A stretch of DNA of 64,000 nucleotides from an uncultured Actinomycetes bacterium (GTDB taxonomy: Bacteria > Actinomycetota > Thermoleophilia > RBG-16-64-13), in the NCBI GenBank assembly GCA_963706025.1, contig CAVPLM010000005.1, positions 1,024,001 to 1,088,000 of the forward strand, read 5' to 3'. Shown one piece after another: positions 61,439 through 64,000 of this stretch. The notes beneath the pieces are model-generated. The model had not been told where the DNA came from. It worked only from the letters and a program-made list of their open reading frames with translations, and did no database searches. Position 1 is the first letter of the stretch. Each line of letters begins with the position of its first letter. A program made the position numbers and the translations under genes.

Positions 61439-61652
61439 ACCAACCCCCCAAAGTTAAAGGCACGAAGTCACAATGAGGAATACCGATGAGCAGATCACTC
61501 CATCGCGCTCCTTTCTTTCCGGTGACGATCACTGGCCACAGTGGAACCTGCAAAAAGTATATCAGAGTAGTAATTCGGTTTCCGATTCCATGCGGATATC
61601 CGTCTCAGCAGATGGCCTTCCGGGCTTTATCGACTGTTCTTTGCTTCAGTGA

Positions 61653-62837
61653 CTAGCCGAGCTCGTTCCCGGCGATCAGGACGCTGACCGTCGCGGCACC
61701 CGGCTCTCCACCCTGATTGTGGGTCAGACCGAGGCGCGGGTTCTTGACCTGGCGCTCGCCGGCCTTGCCTTGAAGCTGCTTGTAGACTTCGTACAGCATC
61801 CTCAAGCCCGTCGCACCGATGGGGTGACCGAAACACTTGAGGCCGCCGTCCGTATTCACGGGCAAAGACCCATCCAGGGTGAACGTGCCGGCTTCGATGT
61901 CTTCGCCGGCCTTGCCCCGTTCACTGAATTGCAGGTCTTCCATGATCGTGAGCTCGGTGATGGAAAAGCAGTCATGCACCTCGGCGATGCTGATCTCTTT
62001 GCGCGGGTCCGTGATACCGGCTTCCCTGTAGGCGGCGACACCGCCCCGATAGGTCTCCTCCACGTGGGCCAGATCATAGACCTGGCTCAGCCAGCCCTCA
62101 CGACCACCCTGGCAGATGGTGGCCGCCTTGATATAGATGGGATCCGAGCGGAAGTTTTTGGCGAGGTCGGCTCTGGTGATGATGGCCGCTGCTGCGCCGT
62201 CGCTTACCCCGCAGCAGTCGTAAAGACCCAGGGGATAAGAGACCATGGGGGCGTTGATGGCCTGCTCCAGAGTAATCTCACGTTGAAAGTGAGCCTTAGG
62301 GTTGAGCGAGCCGTTGTGATGGTTCTTGACCGCGATCTGCGCGAGCAGTCTCTTGCCTTCCTCGAAGCTGAGCCCGTATTTCGCAAAGTAGCCTGTGGCC
62401 ATCATCGCGAAACCGGCGGCGGGAGTCTGGGTCGTGAGGCGATAGCTCCAGGTGCATACGGGACGAGTCTGAGGAAGGCCCGAATAACCGGAGTCTTTGA
62501 GCTTCTCAGCCCCCACCGCGAGCACGACGTCGTACACGCCGGCGGCCACGGCATAGGCGGCACCGCGGATGGCTTCTGACCCGGTGGCGCATTGATTCTC
62601 CACGTGTGTCACCGGGATATAAGCGAGCTTCAGCGGCGTGGACATGATCGAGCCCGACTCGCCCGCGAAGACACTCCCCCACCAGGCTGCCTGTATATCA
62701 TGCGGCTCGATGCCGGCGTCCTCGAAGGCTTCGTAGGCCGCGTCGATGATCATATCTTCCAGACTCTGTCCCCAGTTCTCACCGAACTTGACACAGCCCA
62801 TCCCCACGATGGCGACCTTATCTTTGATGCTATCCAC
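61653..62837 (-). CDS. Thiolase (SCP2/archaeal-type acetyl-CoA acetyltransferase)
   Basis: VENQCATG (Cys), AVKNHHNG..NP.A, SDGAAA, EVHDCF, GHPIGATG. Confidence 0.92.
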   Translation of the reverse strand: MDSIKDKVAIVGMGCVKFGENWGQSLEDMIIDAAYEAFEDAGIEPHDIQAAWWGSVFAGESGSIMSTPLKLAYIPVTHVENQCATGSEAIRGAAYAVAAGVYDVVLAVGAEKLKDSGYSGLPQTRPVCTWSYRLTTQTPAAGFAMMATGYFAKYGLSFEEGKRLLAQIAVKNHHNGSLNPKAHFQREITLEQAINAPMVSYPLGLYDCCGVSDGAAAAIITRADLAKNFRSDPIYIKAATICQGGREGWLSQVYDLAHVEETYRGGVAAYREAGITDPRKEISIAEVHDCFSITELTIMEDLQFSERGKAGEDIEAGTFTLDGSLPVNTDGGLKCFGHPIGATGLRMLYEVYKQLQGKAGERQVKNPRLGLTHNQGGEPGAATVSVLIAGNELG

Positions 62838-62840
62838 GCG

Positions 62841-64000
62841 CTAACACCTCACCGGCTGGCACTTCCACCAGTAGTTGTAGACGCCTCCCACGTAGTAGAG
62901 CCGGCGGAAGGTCATTTCGACGGGCATTCCGACCTGTACCTCGACCGGATCCCGGTCCGTCATGTCGCACATGATGCGGCCGCCACCTTCGAAGTCCACA
63001 AAGGCCACGGTGACCGGCGAATCGAGAGTCTGCGTCACGTAGTCGTGAGAAAACGAGAACACTTTGGCCGGCACGTCACTGAACCGATACGGTTCCATCC
63101 GGTCCTTCGCATGGCAATTGACACACACACGTTGCGGCGGGTATTGGGGGGTGCTGCAATTCAGACATCTTGTGCCCGTGAGCCGCATCTCCCAGGGCAC
63201 TTCCCGCCACTGGGCCGCCGGCGAGGGCATCTTGAGCTCGATCGGTGGGCGGGCGGGCGGCTGTAAGGGCAGCAGTTCGCGCCAGCGCAGATACTGCTCG
63301 TAATTGCGAAGAAGATCCCTGGAGGCCACGCGCTTCTCGACACCCCGGCAGGCGCTCACCGAAGTGACCCGCTCGGTGGTCTCGAGGATGGCGACATCGC
63401 AGCCGTTTCCGTAGCAGGCGAGTAGGATGGTCTCCCCGACTCCGGCGCTCTCCAACGCGGCCACCAGGCCCAACAGACTCATGGCGCAGCCGGTATCGCC
63501 CACCGATGCGTGCAGCACATCCCTGACCTGTGTCTTCTCGTCGAGACCCAGCTTCTGCACGACGCTCCGCAACTGCCGCGCGTTGGGGGAATTGAGCGCG
63601 AACCGGGCGATGTCCCCCGTCGCCAGCCCGTATTTCTTGAGTACTGCCGCCACGCCCTCCACCATCACCTCGACGTAGCCCTCTTCCATGGCGAAACGGT
63701 CTTCCGCCGAACGGACGAAAGTGTCTTCGTCCGAGCGCCAGGTGTCCTGGATCTCGTAGAACCTGCTGTCGAAGTGCTTGATCTCGGCGATGGTCTGACC
63801 GCGGCTGACCAGCAGAGCTACCGCGCCGTCGCCGAAGTTCATCTCGGCCGGTCCGGACGGGTATCCGAGTCGGACGTCAGCGGCGCAGACCAGGATGCTC
63901 TCGGCACTTCCGCTCGAGACAGCGTCAAGCGCCGCCTTGAGAGCGTTGGTCCCGGCCCTCAGGGAGCCTGAGAAGTCGGCCGTGAACACGTGCATAGGCA
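62841..64000 (-). CDS. HMG-CoA synthase-like domain fused to DUF35 (Zn ribbon/OB fold); 5' end beyond the window
   Basis: GDGAVAL, D.WR, VGDTG.A, YGNG.D, then C..C...QYPPQRVC..C and VGMPVEMTFRRL. Confidence 0.85.
   Translation of the reverse strand, partial: PMHVFTADFSGSLRAGTNALKAALDAVSSGSAESILVCAADVRLGYPSGPAEMNFGDGAVALLVSRGQTIAEIKHFDSRFYEIQDTWRSDEDTFVRSAEDRFAMEEGYVEVMVEGVAAVLKKYGLATGDIARFALNSPNARQLRSVVQKLGLDEKTQVRDVLHASVGDTGCAMSLLGLVAALESAGVGETILLACYGNGCDVAILETTERVTSVSACRGVEKRVASRDLLRNYEQYLRWRELLPLQPPARPPIELKMPSPAAQWREVPWEMRLTGTRCLNCSTPQYPPQRVCVNCHAKDRMEPYRFSDVPAKVFSFSHDYVTQTLDSPVTVAFVDFEGGGRIMCDMTDRDPVEVQVGMPVEMTFRRLYYVGGVYNYWWKCQPVRC

Overview
High-GC bacterial chromosomal window with no rRNA, tRNA, CRISPR or intact transposase. 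Gene content (AOR, corrinoid methyltransferases, ADP-forming Acd, SLH protein, Thr-rich lipoproteins) suggests an anaerobic actinomycete such as a Thermoleophilia-like lineage; this is inference. In order: a polyphosphate cluster (DUF2252 remnant, ppk1, sixA, CYTH-CHAD, ppx); a Family 1 encapsulin carrying an in-frame N-terminal DUF5661-like domain plus its own internal RBS/start (top finding); a corrinoid methyl-transfer operon (two MtaA/UROD-like methyltransferases, B12-binding protein, DUF6951-like protein, RACE activator); GMC oxidoreductase, pirin, TfoX, 7TM-PAS-GGDEF, SLH protein, DUF3795, GNAT, HAD, DUF2779; a gcvT-glyA fusion; YyaL, tusA/dsrE, RRM; a trehalose cluster (otsB, DUF5752, treT, otsA); a DMT/LysR pair with a candidate C-loop small RNA between them; ilvDBNC; gabT-AOR; icd-like; capA; Acd plus CoA-transferase-GNAT; a liv-type ABC transporter; thiolase plus pseudo-HMGS-DUF35. 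Non-coding novelties include a dispersed variable-stem/conserved-core hairpin family between convergent genes and a 114-bp MITE-like element. Many single-base frameshifts, mostly between 17.5 and 36 kb, point to uncorrected long-read indels, so every fusion or pseudogene call needs read-level checking. All family assignments come from motif recognition, not database searches.
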